64,000 bases of DNA, taken from assembly GCA_051294375.1 (NCBI GenBank), contig CM119267.1, positions 24,374,223 through 24,438,222 of the forward strand. The letters run 5' to 3'. Position numbers and translations under genes: made by a program. Below are positions 34,547 through 50,183 of this stretch, one piece after another. Source of the DNA: Paraspadella gotoi. Lineage: Eukaryota; Animalia; Chaetognatha. The notes under the pieces were generated by a model. It did no database searches. It saw only the letters and a program-made list of their open reading frames with translations, and had not been told where the DNA came from. Every line of letters starts with the position of its first letter. The first letter of the stretch is position 1.

Positions 34547-37500
34547 GTCTCAACTCTCAACCCAGTCTCTCCCCCCACTGACCCGGTCCTCCACCGCTGT
34601 TCCTTTTGCTGATTCTTTTCGATTTTCTCGATGGCGTCAAAGGCGACGTCACGGGGCTCTTGGCGCGCAATGGCGACGTTACGGGGCTCTTGGCGCGCGA
34701 CGGCGACGCCACGGGGCTCTTGGCGCGCAATGGCGACGCTGGTCTCTGTGGCTTCGGCGTCGAAGTCATCGGCGTGGGTTCCACCGGAGCGGAATCTTCG
34801 GCGGCGCCGGCGCCGCAGCGCACAGTCTCCAAATGATGCGCCAATGACGTCATGTATTTGAAGACGCGGCCACACGTGGGACACGTGAACTTTTCCGGTT
34901 GGGCGTGAGACTGGAAAGGGGTGATCGGACCGAGTACTAACTATCATAGTTATAACATAAAAAATCAATAATATTGGAAATAATTAACAAACGATTATTA
35001 TAAGTTAGTAACACCGACCCACCTTAGCCAGATGGTCCTGCAAACTCCGCCTTCCGGCCACGATCTCCGGACAGTGGGGGCACTGAAACTTTTGCTTCCC
35101 GTTCGGCGAGGAGCCGGCCGCCGAAGAGACGGCGGCGCCTTCGACGTGGCTCGACGAAGTCATTGGTGGAGGAGAACACCTTGTCGTCGTCGTCGTCATC
35201 GTCGTAGAGCAAACTGTAGGAGACGGCGTCGTCGGCGAGGAATCGGGAAAAATCGAATCGTCCGAGCCGACGCCGCCACCTCCGCGACTGGTTGGCGCCG
35301 TCGTGCGAGCCGGGGGCGAGGCGCCGCCTTCAAAGGCACTTCCGTTGAAAGGTTTCCGTTCAGAGGCCGACGACGATGACGACGCCACAGACGTCGAGAG
35401 GAACTTGAGTCCGACGGCGGGGGGGAAATCGGAAGGCACACCGCCGCCGCTCCCCGGAAGATTAGCATCTTGAGAAGGCACGAGCTTGACACCTTTAGGC
35501 AAGATGAAGGGGTTTCCGGCCAGGCCCTCACGCTTGGGACTGAGAAGGATGAGACCGCCTCCGCCGAGGCCCCCGGCGCCGCCAGATTCTGCCAACATTA
35601 GGCCACCATCCTCTTCTTTCATCAGACCAGTTCCTAAAGATTATCAAGGGAGGGATTTTTATTATAATTAAAAATCTCATAACCTCGTTTAGCTTTAGGT
35701 CGAACTTTAGGTCGGACACCGACTAACCTGCTACCACCAGTCCGCCGCTGCCGCCGCCGCCTTCGCTGCCGCCGATATCCTCGTCGTCTGCTAGTGACTC
35801 TCCGTTCTCGCTCCAAGGTCCGTCACTGAGAAGGCGCACCTCCGATTCGGGAGGGGAAAAATCGGGTGGGAGCTCGCCCGCTACGAGTTCGGTGAAAAAG
35901 TAGGGAGCGGGGAGGGCGTGAGAAAACGTAAATCAATACATGTAATCATATCATATCCACTGTTAAACACGAACACTGGCACTAAACTTACGTTCACACA
36001 CTCGCCCGATTCCCATGCAGGTTCGCTGATGTATCACAAGGTTTTTCTTTCTTTGGTACTTCTTGCCACATCGGGTACATCCGTGAACCTGGGATGTAAG
36101 ATAACTTTGATTTGAAATTGAATTTAAATTTTCTTTAATTAATAATTTCAGCGGTCGGACTCAAAAGATCAATTATTCATTAACCTTTAATCCTTTGTGG
36201 GCGTTGAGGTGCTCCTGAAGCGTGTAGTGATCAAAATATCCCTTGTTGCAGACCGGGCAGTGATACGGAAAGGCCCCCATGTGAGTTCGAACGTGTTTCT
36301 TGTAGCCGGTTTTCGAAGTGAATCCTAAATGTTAAGATTAGAAAATTTGAACGAAGCCCCCAGACTATTAGAGCGATGAATACAACATACCTTTTTGGCA
36401 AATGTTGCAGATGGCCACGATGGTGAGATTGTTTTTGGACGACACGGGGACGAGGGCAGCGTCCATACCCTCTTCGGCGACGGGAACTAGTTCCATTCCG
36501 GACGAAAGCTTCTGCCGCTTTGATCGCCCAAGACTCTTTCTGTTCGATGAAAGAAAACACACGATATTACATTTGGATTTAAGTTAAATGTAAATAAAAG
36601 ATCGTTTACCTCAACCTCTTGTTCCCAGATTTATCCTCCGTCATTTCTTCATCCTCATGAATAACGAGACGCCCCTCTTCGCCGTCTCCTTCCGGTGACG
36701 TCGAGGGCATGGGCGAAGTGGACGACGTAGGGACGAGAATCGGTCCGAGCTGGAGCGCCCCTAGCGCTGCCATGCCGGACATGGAGAGCCCAGAGTTTCC
36801 GAGAAGACCCTTTAATAGTCGAAGAGATAAAAAGAGAAAATTTCAAAGGGAATATAACCGTAAGATCTTCTTACCGAATGCAAATTGACTCCAGAACTGG
36901 GGATAGTGGTCTGGGTAAGTGTTGGCATGGGCACGAACAGCGTGGGATGCTGCGTGGTAAGCTGATGCTGCTGCTGGGGCGAGTCGAACCTATCGGGGTG
37001 ACCATTACCGTTAACGGTCGAATTGACGGGAGATTGCTGCGTAAATCAAGGGAGCACTTCTTTTTAACAAAATCGAACATACCGAAGTTCTACAACAAAA
37101 ATATCTGAGGTCACCGTACCTGACGAAAGTATTCAGGGTTTTGGTTCGACTTGACTGCGATTGGTCGGGGCCCATTCCGCGCCTTCGGCTTAAAAATAGG
37201 AGTCCTTTCGAGAAAAAAAATTAAACGGGGGGGACTCGTTACCGAAGCGAAGATCTTGTCTCAAAAAGTAAATGATCTCGAATCACAGTCAAGTGTCGAC
37301 ACGGTAAAACTAACCTGGTCGCCGAAATAATTTGGCGTCGGGGAGAAGTAGCGTGAGACGACGTTCCCTAAAAATGCGGAACGGAGGCATAACGAAAGTC
37401 AAAATAGATGTGGCTCGACGATAAATATTCATACCTCAACTCCGCCTCCGCCGAAAGGGGAACCTCGACTCTTTAGGCTGAAGCCAGATTCGGCGTGGGT

Positions 37501-39260
37501 GTCCTCGGATTCGGAGATTCGGCGGAACCGAACTTCGTCGCTTTAGTTAGAGGAAAAAGAAATTTAATAGAAGTACTTAATAGATAACAAGGTTTTTAAC
37601 TTTAATTTTAATTTTCATCAATTAAAATATCTTCGAACCTTCGTTCACCACAGGCGCGTTCATCTCTTCTTTGTTCCGGCTTTCGGCGAAACTCGTTCAT
37701 CGTTGACGTCGTCGGCTGACAGTCTGAGAGGGAATTGTCAAATTAAACTTGTTGGTCTCCTTTTTACGGTAAATTGAACTATATTCGGTAAATTGAACTA
37801 TATTCGGTAATTTGAATCGTTATGATTGTAAGTTTAAAAATATATATAATCGTAAAATTCTGCTCCCCTCTTTTCGAAATTCACCTGTCGTGGGTTCCAC
37901 CTTGACGGCCCTCTGCAGGATCGGCATACCCAAAGTGGAAGACGGGGCGAAATGGTTCTCGCTCGAGGAGGCTACCCGCTGAGGGCCACGTGAAGGAGAT
38001 AGGGCGGAGATTGGGGGCGGCGGATCGGCGTCCACTTCTGGGATGGTGGAAGATACGATGTCACCGATGAGACCGCCGCCGCGGCGACGCTGCTTCATCA
38101 ACTGGGCGCACAGACTAACCGCCAGAGGGACCTCGGAGGGAAAGAGTGAAATTACGCGTATGAAATTCAAATAAAAACCCTATATTAATAAAGCCTTTAC
38201 TAAAAACCCCAGCCAAAGTTTACCATAAGGTTCCAAGAAGAAAAACAGGCTTGAAAGTATCATTCTACGTGCTAGCAACAACCGCGTTAGGTAACTTTCC
38301 AAATAGACTCAGGACACTAATCCAGTGCCTGAAGAGTTTTTCTTTCACTCTCTCTTTCACTTTCTCAGAGCCTCTTACGAAACGAGCGGTCGTAATTCCG
38401 TCAATCCGCTTACCTGTAGGATCATGGCCGCTTGAAAAATCGTATCAACGTTTTCATCGTTGACGGCGGGCTCGGTCTCTCCGTACATGAGGTCGAGAAG
38501 CCAGGCCAAAGCCAGATGCGAGACTCCAGGCACCATTACCTGTTGGACAAATTTGAATTACATAATCGATGTTAATGAAATAAACGAGCGGAGTAATAAA
38601 AATCTTACCTCGACTTCCTCGAATAGACCAACGTCCATCAAATTTCGAAAATATCCTGACCAGCTGACCAATACCACCTTTAAAATTTTGAAATCAAATT
38701 TAATTTTATTGGTCATTCACTAATATAATGTAATCCAGTTTGTAAGAATCATGAATACTCTTCATCCCAATCTCAAAACTTTCATACTTTAAAATAATAA
38801 TCCCTACACAATGTCAATGAGGGCAAGAGTAACCTTGGCTTTAAATTAAAGTTTAATGGTTAAATTTAAGACTAAGGATAAACTCAAATTTGAAGTTAAA
38901 CACAAAGCAACCCTACTCTTCAAAAACCTTTTTTAAATGATAAAACGACATTACCAAATCTTCCAACGATTAAACATTTTCATCTTCATGCTCCATCAAC
39001 AACAGATATATCCCAATCAGAAAACGCAACCAACCCAACCGCCCAAAAAAACTGACCTTATGTGCCACAAGCCCAAGGGCGGGCGAGTCCGCCCCGCCCA
39101 CCGATCCCGGCAACCCCTCGCAATGAAGGGTGACGTCACAGAACTTTCCCTCGCCGCGTAATAGACGCATGATGCCGAAGGAGCGCTGCCATGACTGCCG
39201 CATGAGTTCCTCCACGCCCATAGAGTCCATTTCGGCGAAGAGCTTGACCAGGTCCGTCAT
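34327..39260 (-). CDS. BTB/POZ + C2H2 zinc-finger transcription factor (ZBTB-like)
   Basis: BTB: GKFCDVTLHCEG...AHKVVLVSWSGYFRKL...LAWLLDLMYGE...VDTIFQAAMILQVPLAVSLCAQLM. C2H2 fingers: CNICQKGFTSKTGYKKHVRTH, YHCPVCNKGYFDHYTLQEHLNAH, FQCPHCPEIVAGRRSLQDHLAKSH, FTCPTCGRVFKYMTSLAHHL. Triplicated SP.RAKSPV in the tail. Confidence 0.88.
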
Positions 39261-41095
39261 GGCGTCTTAAAGATTTCCTTTTTTTTAGTCCTCACTCACT
39301 TTTTTCAATTTTCAGTCATCGAAAAAGGTAATTTTTACGGTACGCGGCCGAAGAAAGACTTTAATTTTACGAGAATTTCCTTTCGCGACAAATTGAGTTT
39401 CGGTGAAAGGGATTCACTTCCGTGGTGGGCTGGTGAGTTTAGAGGCGGAGTAAGGCTCGCCGCCAAATGACTGGCGGCGGGGGGCGTGGGCCAAACCGGC
39501 CCGCTTTCGATTTCGGACGCGAAGGCAGAGTTTATTATTTGAGGATTTTCGCCGTCGCCGCCGTCGGCCGCTCTCATGCTTGATTTTATTTTATATTTAT
39601 CGTGTAGTTTATACACTTTTTTTGTTTCGTACGGAGTCTTATTTCCGCGCATCCGATTAAAATCGTTTATTATTATCAGTTCGAATTAATTAATTTAATA
39701 TTTTGTATTGAGTATATCTAAATTTCTATCTATTACGGTTCACGAAGATTAGGTCTTAGTTTCCAAAACGTGGTTTAGAGCGAAATGACGTTCGGCGGAT
39801 TGTCCCTCGATTGACGCAATAAAATATGGGGAGATTTCGTTTTTGCCTTCGAGTTCACGATGGCCCCTTTTTCGACCAAGCGCTTTACGTTTGGTTCAAG
39901 AGCGAAGATCCGCTGAGTCTGACGTCTCGCTCTCTGTTTGCGTCGGATGCGATCATCGTCGTCGTCGTCGTCGTCGGCGGCGGCGGCGGAGAGGATGATG
40001 AAAGTCCAGTCATCGCATCACCGATGACGATGATGATGACGATGACGATGCGGCCAAAGAGACGAGGGAGGGGAGGAGGAAGAGAGGTGAGGTAGAGAGA
40101 GAGAGAGGTGAGGAACCCTTTTTGGTGGTTCTAATTATGTCTATGCATGAGCCCCTACCCGGATGTTCGCGTCCACGTGGTCGTAGAAACGAGTAAGGAC
40201 TAAGGTCACGACGGAGAGTTTTTGTATTCTATTAATTACACGGTGCATTTGCGCTCATTTAGGATTTCGTGGTTAATACTGCATGGTAATACTGCGCGCG
40301 GGGTCTTCAAGTATGTGAAGCGTCGCCCTTCAGTAGTGCCACCTAAAAATATAGAAAACAATTTCAATGTATATTCGAATTAGTATATTCTAAGGGGAAA
40401 AGATAAAATTTATCCTTGCTGAAAAAAAAAAACATTAATTTTAGGCCTTGTTTGCTTAATAGGGGGAGTTGGGTAGGTTCTAAATTTGCTTTTTGTGGAG
40501 GAGCGGTGATAGGTAAGTCGCGAATGTCGAGCGAGCGAAAAAAGATAAAAATTCCCAAATTATTTTATTCCATCGCACGCTTCGTTGATCCAGTGAGGTA
40601 TTCATTTTTTTAAAATGGCCATTAATGGAAAGGAAAACAGATGGAACTGAAAGAATAGACTTACAGATTTTAAAAAATATTCAACTTACTTATGATGACA
40701 AACATAGTAAAAAAGGTTATATTGTAATGAACATGTAAGGACATGTAAGCCGCTAAGGCCGCGAATAAAAGTTCAACTAAAAAATATCCCATCCGCCTCC
40801 GCCCTTACTCCAGACTTTAAAAAAGAGAGACGAGATGACGTGCGTTATCTGCGTCCGGGTAAGTATTGCCTTCAAAGTCAACACAGACCCTAAAGTCAAC
40901 AGTCGTCCGCCGCGAGGCTTTTCGCGTCCTTTCGAGAGGGTAGGTGTCCGATGACCGCGCGCTGCCGTATGCGAAATCATGTTGGACGTCGGATGTCGGA
41001 AGACCTCTCAATTTATTTTAAAAAATTTAAAGATTTTTTTGCGTAGGTTTTAATTCTGACAAAAACTTGAGACAAAAACCCTATAGTATAGGGTA

Positions 41096-41337
41096 TACAA
41101 TTGAAACATTCTTTGAAATATTTTCTACATCATTGATAGGGAAGCCAGGTACTCTGGGAGTGAATAAACGAGACCGTGAGAGAGTCTTGCTTGAAAGCTT
41201 GAAGGGATCTGCTATGTCATTATCATATAAGAGTGATGGAGGCCTTAAACCACCAAAGCCTGTTCAAAGTCAGGGGCAAGATAGCTTATTTATTGCATGA
41301 ATGGATAATTTTTATATTGGTTGTACCAATTTCATAC
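41096..41337 (+). repeat. Copy of the dispersed ~240 bp repeat
   Basis: Near-identical to 17419-17638 and to the reverse complement of 55507-55752. Confidence 0.8.
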
Positions 41338-43015
41338 ATATATACATTTTCGGTTACTGCTAACTTATTAATAATTCTCCTGCAGCATGAAATGCGAAAA
41401 TATCCGAAAGTATTTTAATGTTATTTATATGAGCTTGACAAATAATATCAACGATCGAGCAAAGTGAAAAAGTAAAAAATGAAAAATTGGCAAAGAATCG
41501 CGAAGGACGCTGGAATTTAAAAGCTATGAGCTCAAAGTCCGCGACCGGAGCGGTGAGTTCGCGCGGCGCGGAGATCAGCGGGTGAGTCACGGAGATCTCA
41601 CTTCGCCGACGTTTTAGGAAACGTGTCATTGGTCGATCTCAGGGGAAGGTACGATCTTCTATTGGTTCTCGTCGATCCGAGGTAAGTCTACCTGAGTCTC
41701 TCTTGCGCAAAGTCTCCGCTGATTTATCTTCCTTTATTTTGGGAACAAAAATAAACGATTTCGGAGAGAGACATGTGCGCAGAAATCCCACTTCGACACT
41801 CGCTTTATGACATTCATCCACTTGGCATTTATTATCGTGAAAACTGACAATAACTTTTAAAAAAAAAGGGTTGTAGTTGAAATTAGCAACGCTAACGACG
41901 TAGAATTAGATATTAGATTATATTACTAATTAGATACAATATTTATGAGCAAAGATGAATCGTTGACGAATAACATTGGTATGATTACTATGTAATAAAA
42001 AAACGCTTATACACGACGCCAAAGTGAGAAACAGGGAGACAAAATGACATGATAGATCTTCGTAATATGTTTGCCTTTCCCAAAGCAAAGTGTCTCCTGG
42101 GCGAATTTCGATAAGAGATCGAATCAAAATGAGAATCTTCGGGGTCGTGGTATAAAAAGTAAGGCCTCTTTTTAAACGATAGGATAGACTTATCTCTCAG
42201 AAATCAATACTGACATTTGAGGAAGGGATTCAAGCCCAAAGGTGAGTTCAAGCCTACTCGACTTTATCGCAGAGGTTCGATTATTTGCAGTTAAAGCGAT
42301 ATGAAGGATTAATTATGACATTATTTCTAGTTTTTTAAAGATAGCAAACACAAACTTTCGCAAGAATTCAAAACGTCTCGAATGAATCCTGACTTTTCCA
42401 AATCAAGGATTCTTACAACCAATGCAACCTTCAGCTCCAACCAACTAAAACGACGGGAATGACTGTAATCGTCGTCGTCTCTTAGCAACGGGATCCTCGT
42501 CGTCGTCATCGTCGGCGAAAAAGGTGAGTGTGAACGTTGAATGACGTAACCCCGCTCGGCGGACCCGGAAACGAGGGGGTCACCGTCACGGCGAAATCCG
42601 CCGGCTCCGACCGCCGGTCAGTTTTGTCTGTTTACCCAATAACTTCTGTCAAACGCCGTCCGATCCGAGGTCGCGCAACTCTTTGTCCTTGACGACGGAT
42701 CGACGGACGGATGGATTGACGGACAGAAAGACTGACCGACAGTGGGGTGGGAGTTATGTTGTCAATCGGCATAAAATTTAATGTATTAGCTATTTAATAT
42801 TTGATATTGTTCTTTGCCCAATTTTATTTATATTTATCCTTATTTTTTAACGGTTTTTATTGTATTTTGCATTTATTTTCACTCGCTCTCTCGCTCTTTA
42901 AGTCTCTCTCTCTCTATCCTCCCACTCCCTCTCTCTCTCTCTCTCTGTCTCTCACTCACACCATTGACACGAACCGATTCGGCAGTGGAAGCGTAGCGTC
43001 GCGGTGAGGTCGAAC

Positions 43016-43054
<39 letters not shown>

Positions 43055-44004
43055 AGAGGAGAGAGAGAAGAGAGCAGTCGGACCATCTGGGATGATTTTA
43101 ATGATTCATCGGAACTGACTTCGTGGCCGCATCGACCTCACTCGATCGAGCGGTGAAAGGGTGAGAGAGGTGAGGGGAATAGAGGGGGAATTGAAGGGGG
43201 TTGGAGGAAATTAAAGGGGGGAGAAGGAAGGGGGTAGCGGGGGAGGAGGGACGAAGGGGAGGAGGAGGAAGAGGAAGGGATTTAGACGAAGGAAGAGTGA
43301 GCCGTGAGGGATGGGGAAATATCGTGGTCGTTCACTGTGAAGGTCATTCATGGTGGCGAGCGTGAATTCACGAATGAAGCGGACACGCGTGTTTTTGTTT
43401 TTTTACAATTTTATACTATTGCTATTGTTATTATTATTACTCTTACTGATTTAACTTGAGTATTTTTTTTTCAGTCAAGATCTGATATATTAAAAAAATT
43501 ATCATTTTCCATTGGTTTTTTTTTTCAACATTTTAAATTCTTATTTGTGTCGTTCAATTATATATTATATATTATCAGTGAGACTAGCTGGTTATTTAAA
43601 ATTTAAAAAACTCATGTCGTGACACGTGAGTGAGTGAACAGTTCATGCCGATGTCATGATCCATCGTGGCTGAAAATCGCGTGAGAATCGATACGACTTT
43701 GGAGTCACAAAATTATTCGGGTCGGATTCAAGAACGCCGCTTTTATAGCAGCGCCAGGGAAAGGAGCCGAGAAAAGGTGGCGGGATGAAGTACTAAAGCA
43801 AATTATTAAATAAAAATTTTCACTTTTCGGGAAACGAAAAATAATAAGAAACATGTGTTCTGTGTCTCCACTTCTGAACCCATTCCCCACAAAACAAAAC
43901 CTATTTCCCTTACAATTCAAGAATCTTCATTCTTCCAAAATCTCCGAATATCGATTTTAAATTAAGGATGAAACAAATTGAAAATTAGATGAGCATCTGG
44001 TCAC

Positions 44005-44065
44005 GAAGAAGAAGAAGAAGAAGAAGAAGAAGAAGAAGAAGAAGAAGAAGAAGAAGAAGAAGAAG
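44005..44065. repeat. (AAG)n microsatellite
   Basis: Direct inspection. Confidence 0.95.
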
Positions 44066-44478
44066 ATTGAGGACGATGGTGAAAAAGAGGAAGGAGAAAG
44101 AGGAAGAGTCGATAGAAGAAAAAAATAATTCGTGTCGGCGAAAGGACGTACGATCGCCCTGACTCGCCCACCACGAGGCGAATACGAGGCTTTCATTGGT
44201 GGAAGAGCCGTCTATCCGGCCGCTGATTGGTCGGATTGATCATCACCGCTCGAACCCTCGTGAAAACTCACCAAATTGGGTCCAAAAAACCGAGTACGTC
44301 GGCGATTGGTCGACGCAAAAGAGCTCTTATTGGTTCGAACTCGAAGTGAAAGTGAAAATCGACTTATCGCGACGTCGAAGTCGAGATTCTCAATCTAGTC
44401 CGGCGTATTACCAGCATGAATCCCCAAAAACCTCACTTCTCTACTGAAGCTGCCGCTGACTCTCTCTCTCTCTCTCGT

Positions 44479-44535
<57 letters not shown>

Positions 44536-44731
44536 CTCTTCTCGTGTTTGTGTGTGGGGAGAGGGAGAGGAAGGAGGGAGGGAAGTAGGTTGCTTCCTAA
44601 TGGATAGGGGAGGCCTAAGAGAGAGAGAGGGAGACAATTTGCTCCTTCCTCCCACCCCCCTTTATTTCTGGATTATTTCCCAAAAGGAAACTGGCAAATT
44701 GGAAACGAAGTTGATAAGCGTAATAAATGGC

Positions 44732-44813
<82 letters not shown>

Positions 44814-45223
44814 CTTTGGCACAATAAAAAATGTAGAGTAAGTCCTTCCGTCAAAATCGACGACGAAGTGAAAAGAAAAAAAAAAGAAAAAGAAAGAAAA
44901 AAAGACAGGAAATTAAAATGAGGAGAAAAATTAAAAAGAATAAGAAACATAGTCCAAAAAGAATAAAAGAGATTAAATTATATTATTAAACTATATTATT
45001 TTAATGTACCAGGGTCTTTCAAGAGACTAGGCGAGAGCGATCGGCCGATTTATGTTCTAACTTACGCAACGAAACAACCCCGTTCTCAAAAGGGTGAGGA
45101 GGAATCTTTGAAAGAGGACGAAAATGGTAAGGCTGATTGTTTTGGTTTCAGCGAAAGTGGGAAAGGCGAGATTACCCTGGGGGCGATTTCTCACTGTAAA
45201 AACGAAGAAAGAAATAGGGGTCT

Positions 45224-45281
<58 letters not shown>

Positions 45282-47031
45282 GTGAGGTGAGAATAACAGT
45301 GATTAAGGGAGACCCTTCTTTCATTGGGGCGTTTAGGTAAGTAGAGATTCCAAAGATTGGCGCTGCATAAGCAGCAAAAGGAAAGTGAGTTTAAGAGAAA
45401 GTTGAATTTTGTTTGTTCACTTTTTTTTATACTAGTTCATCTGATCGAAGTTTAAAAGTCTTTATAAAACTTGTTTGTTTGCAAACATTTTGTCCATGAC
45501 TTGGGGAACAAAATGCGGTTAACAACTGCAACTATTACTATGAAGAAAAAGACGACGACGACGACGACGACGATGGTGTAATTCGTGGCCCAATATTAAC
45601 TTTTAAATATCATCGATCGAATGACATTGTTACCGCGCAAGAAAAAAGGGGGGACGACGACGAAAATTTAAAGCAAAAAAATTTCACGATTTCTTAATCT
45701 AATTTTAAAACGAAAATTAGTTGAAAAAAAATTGTTCTCACGGAAACACGGAACCGATTGGGATATTAGTTACGCCGCGAGTAAGTCACTTTTCTGTCTG
45801 TCTGGAAAAAAGTACTAAATGCGGTATATTTCGCGTAATGTTTGATTTAATTGCTTGATAATTAAAAGAAAGTGGGATGACATCACGTGATCATCGGAAG
45901 TTGTATTAACATAAAATGAAGATAATTCCTAAGAGAACGATGATAATGGCGACGATGACGACGACAAAGATGTCAGCGTCGATGACGTCAGCGTCGATGA
46001 TGACATCGAGGACAATGACAAAGACGATGACGAATTAACGTCAACTGATCGCACATCCAAAGATCATAAGAGCCCAAGAAATTGACAGAACCGATTATGA
46101 AAAAGTAGAAAATCGAGAGAGATTAGGGGATCGAAAAGTTGAAGATCAGAAGATCAGAAGATCAGGAGATCATTTGATCATCGGGCAAAAAGATCAATTG
46201 AAGTAAAACTCGTTTCTTTTTAAGAACACACCGAGTTATCGTTTTTAAATAAGAGAAAAATTTCTATATAGATCTATACAATTGAATGATTTATTGACGA
46301 TGTCGGTAACTGCTAATAGTTTATTGAAAAAAAAAAACAATTATGGAAATTACGGGAAAAAAATTTTCAAAACGTATTCAATGGTCGTCAGAGAAAGAAT
46401 ATATAATAAATTAATGAACGTTGGGGAATATATTTCGAGGAGAGAATTTAAAGAAAGTAAATGTATAACGCCAAAACTGTAAACGACAAATGGTTACGGT
46501 ATATAACGATTTTCGATAAAACGAAGTTGACGACGAAAAAATACGCAACAAAAAAAGTTGTGAAAATGACCACAGAAACGAGTAAAAAAAAAAAATTGAA
46601 CTCACGTTGGCAGCGGATGGCTGCGTCGCAGCGGCTGAGAGTGAGTTTCGCGGAAAACCGTTGGTCGGTTACGAAAAAAAAAAAAGAAAAGAAAACTGAG
46701 CTTAAAAGGTTTTCTTTTGAAAAAGTCGGAATAGAAAAAAAAAGATCGAGAAATGAAAAAAAAAAAAAAAAACTGAGTTGGCAGCCAATTAGGTCGTCGG
46801 ACTCGCGACGTCGGCCAATCTGAAGGGACGAACCGACAAGATTCGGTCCAAGTCCTCGTCGTCGGTAAATATGGTGCGACCGACGGATGGTGATCGCGGA
46901 AAGTGGGAGAAGATTTTCCGACGAATGTCGTGAGAGAAAATCTGAAAGGTCGATGATGCAAATCCAACGGCTCTCGTGAATATGGGTAAGCTGTGAGCGA
47001 GAGAGAGAGAGCTCTGTCTTTCTGCGCCCAC

Positions 47032-47115
<84 letters not shown>

Positions 47116-47865
47116 GAGACGAAAAGGTTGGGATTATTCAATGGGCGAGAGAGAGAGAGAGATTCGAATGAAAAGAAAAAGATGGAACAGAAAAGGAATC
47201 GGCGCGGGGAATCGAACCCCGGCCCGAGATTGAAAACTCGCAAAATGGGTAAATAAGGAAAATAAAAGAAAATGAAAGAAAATGAAAGAGAATGAAAAGG
47301 AAAATGAGAAGAAAGTGAATTGACTTCCGCCTTCGGGCGAATTTTCTCCTTTTGAAAAAAAAAAAGAAAGAAAGATGATCGAGTTTGGAAAAAAAATAGA
47401 GAAGTAAGTTTAAAGGTTTAAAAGTTTCAAGTCTTTTTATTTTATTATCAACTTATTTTATTTTTTAAATTAATTTACTCTTGATTTTTACTCTCAATCG
47501 TCATTTTGTAGTTTTTTTTTCATTTTTTTTTGTTTTAATTTTTCCTTGTTTTTATTTTAATTCAAGGATTTTAGTTTTTCGCCGGTCGATGCTCGAATTT
47601 GGAATTTTTTTGTTTTATTTTGGTTTAACAATCCACCGCATTTCATAACATACCATAAAAATACTTTCGTAATAAAATTCAATTATTTATAAAAATCACA
47701 ATAACTATTTACTTAAAAGCTTAATCAACCTTTAACGAAATTATTCATTTAAATAATTCGAGCTAATTTGTGTGCTAATATTTTTACAATATTACATTTT
47801 TTACCTCAAGGTTGGGCGGAAATAGAAGGTCAAAAGGTGAGAGCGGGATGGAGACAGTCAAAGCA

Positions 47866-47904
<39 letters not shown>

Positions 47905-48189
47905 GAGAGAGAGAGGAAGTTGCGTGAATCGACGTGAAAAGCGTCGGTCTGACTCGGCTGCGCTTGGTGTGTTCGTGGGTGAGGAAGATGAGGAGGAAGA
48001 GGAAGAGGAAGAGGAAGAAAAGCGGCGCTTATATGGTGATGTATGGTGTGTCCTCTCTCTCTCTCTCTCACTCGCCCTCTCTGTTTCTTCGTCTCTCTCT
48101 CTCGCTGCGAGTCTCACTCGCTGCCATGGTGCGGTTGCTGTCATGGTGCTGGATTCTGCCGCGACGAGTAAGCAACCGGGTTCCATCCG

Positions 48190-48230
<41 letters not shown>

Positions 48231-50139
48231 CTCTCTCTCATATCGCCTTACTGTGGTTGGTGAGCGTGCTGCGAGAGAAAAAATGCGGGGGAAGAGAGAG
48301 ACAGAGAAAGAGAGAAACAGAGAAAGATTCAGAGAATAAAAACGGCTGATCTCCCAATAAATCCCACCCAATAAATTTATAATATTGTTTTTGTAGAGAA
48401 TGTTATAATAATATTGTAATTTATATTGACAATTGTTAGAAAAAAACAAATGTTTCCACGAGGACGAAGAATATTCGGTCTTAAATCACAATTATTAATT
48501 ATTTTTTATTTGTAAGATTTTGCCAAAAATTTTCATTTATGTTGACAATCGATAAAGAAATAAAAATTGTAATAAGTAAAGCTTGCCTTAAAACTCTCCT
48601 TACAGCGTTTAAAGGCCCTCGAATAGCGCCCGAATAGAAACCGCCATTATTGTCAATTTTATATTCTCTCTCTCTCTCTCCTTCTCTCCTTTTCTCCACA
48701 TCCCTGCCCTTCTGTATCCCTCGACCAGTATATCATGATTTCTATCGTGTAGTGAAGCGCGCTTAAAAAAAAGAGAAATTGATTAAGTTGAAAAATAGTA
48801 AATAAAATAAAGCCTGCGGCAGCGGCGGCGGAGGCGGCTGCGGCGCCGACGACATTGTCCACTGACACGGACGTGTCAAGAGACGACGACGCGCGCGTGA
48901 CTTTTGTGTAAATCTTAACGAAATCTGTCGACGTCATCTCTACTTTTTTTCATTCTTTTCTCTTTTCCTCTTTTCTTCTTTTTTCCTATTTTTTATACTT
49001 ATATCCGTTTTATCTAACAACTCTCTCAATCCCTTATAATACTATATGCTGGCTTTTATTTTAATTTTCCTCCTTTAATCACAGATCCTTTTTTCCTCCC
49101 TTTCCTCCTTCCTTTACTTACCCTCCTCTCATACCGTTCTCCTTCTTCTTTTCCTCTCCATTCCCTACTTCCCCCAAAACTCTCTTTCTTTCTCTCTTCT
49201 TTTTCCCTTCCCTTTCTGGCTCTCTTTTTCAAAAGCTCCCCATTTCTGTTCCCTAATCGTTAAACTTAATTTTAACCTTAATATTTTATTATAATCTAAA
49301 ACTAAACTTATAACCTAATACACCAACTCTAATCCTTAACGCTAATCTCAAATACTAATACTTAACTTTAACTTAATCCTCAACCTCAAAATTAATCCAC
49401 TAACCTAATTTTAAACCTTAACCCCGAACTCTGAACCCTTGTACCCCAATCCTTGACTCTAATCCTTAACCCATCCCATAAACCTTTTAAATAACCTAAT
49501 CCTTAAGCCTAACCTTTGACCTAATATTTAATAAAAAAAAACTTAATTCCTAATTTAAAATGAAAGGAGCCGTTTAAGTAAAATGAGGTCCAACCTTTTC
49601 CTTTCCTCCTATTTTTCGATCCTCGTTAAAAATTATCCCCAAACCAGTTAAGACGTCGCGAGGCTTCATTCAAATCTCGAATCGAAATCTCGCAAAACTT
49701 GTCGCGAGATGGCGATCGGAGATTTTAATCGATTCCCGACAAATGAAAAAAAAAAAGGAACAAAAGAACAATGGATGAAAAAAAGAAGGGATTGGATATT
49801 TGGGGGGGGGAGAAGGAGGGACAATGGTAAAGGCGCACGCGCCGGTCAAAAAAGGGAGAACGTCTGTCACTCTCTCTCTCTCTCTCTCTGTGTCTCTCTC
49901 GCTCTCTAACATTGGAAGAAAAGTGAGGCGTTTTTGCAAGACGCTCATTGGTCAAAAACGTGATCACCTGCGGCCAATTGGAATCTTTTGTTGTGAGGTG
50001 CGGAGAGAGAGGGAGAGGGAGGCGGAGGAGAAGAGGGAGAGAGAGAGAGAGAGAGAGTGACGCGAACAGACAGATGAACAAGTGAATGGCGGGTTTGAAA
50101 AGAGAGAGTGATCGAGATAAGGAAAAGAGAGAGAAGGAG

Positions 50140-50183
<44 letters not shown>

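Noticed and set aside
39335-39652. 105 aa ORF upstream of the BTB-ZF gene
   Set aside because: No domain; GC-rich promoter/5' UTR-like sequence.
40845-40866. U1 snRNA-like start (atacttacccgg on the minus strand)
   Set aside because: Similarity is limited to ~10 nt, which is simply the complement of a consensus splice donor; no U1 stem-loops or Sm site.
43320-43375. Possible pre-miRNA hairpin
   Set aside because: Stem only ~10 bp with several G-U pairs; no match to conserved miRNAs I recall.
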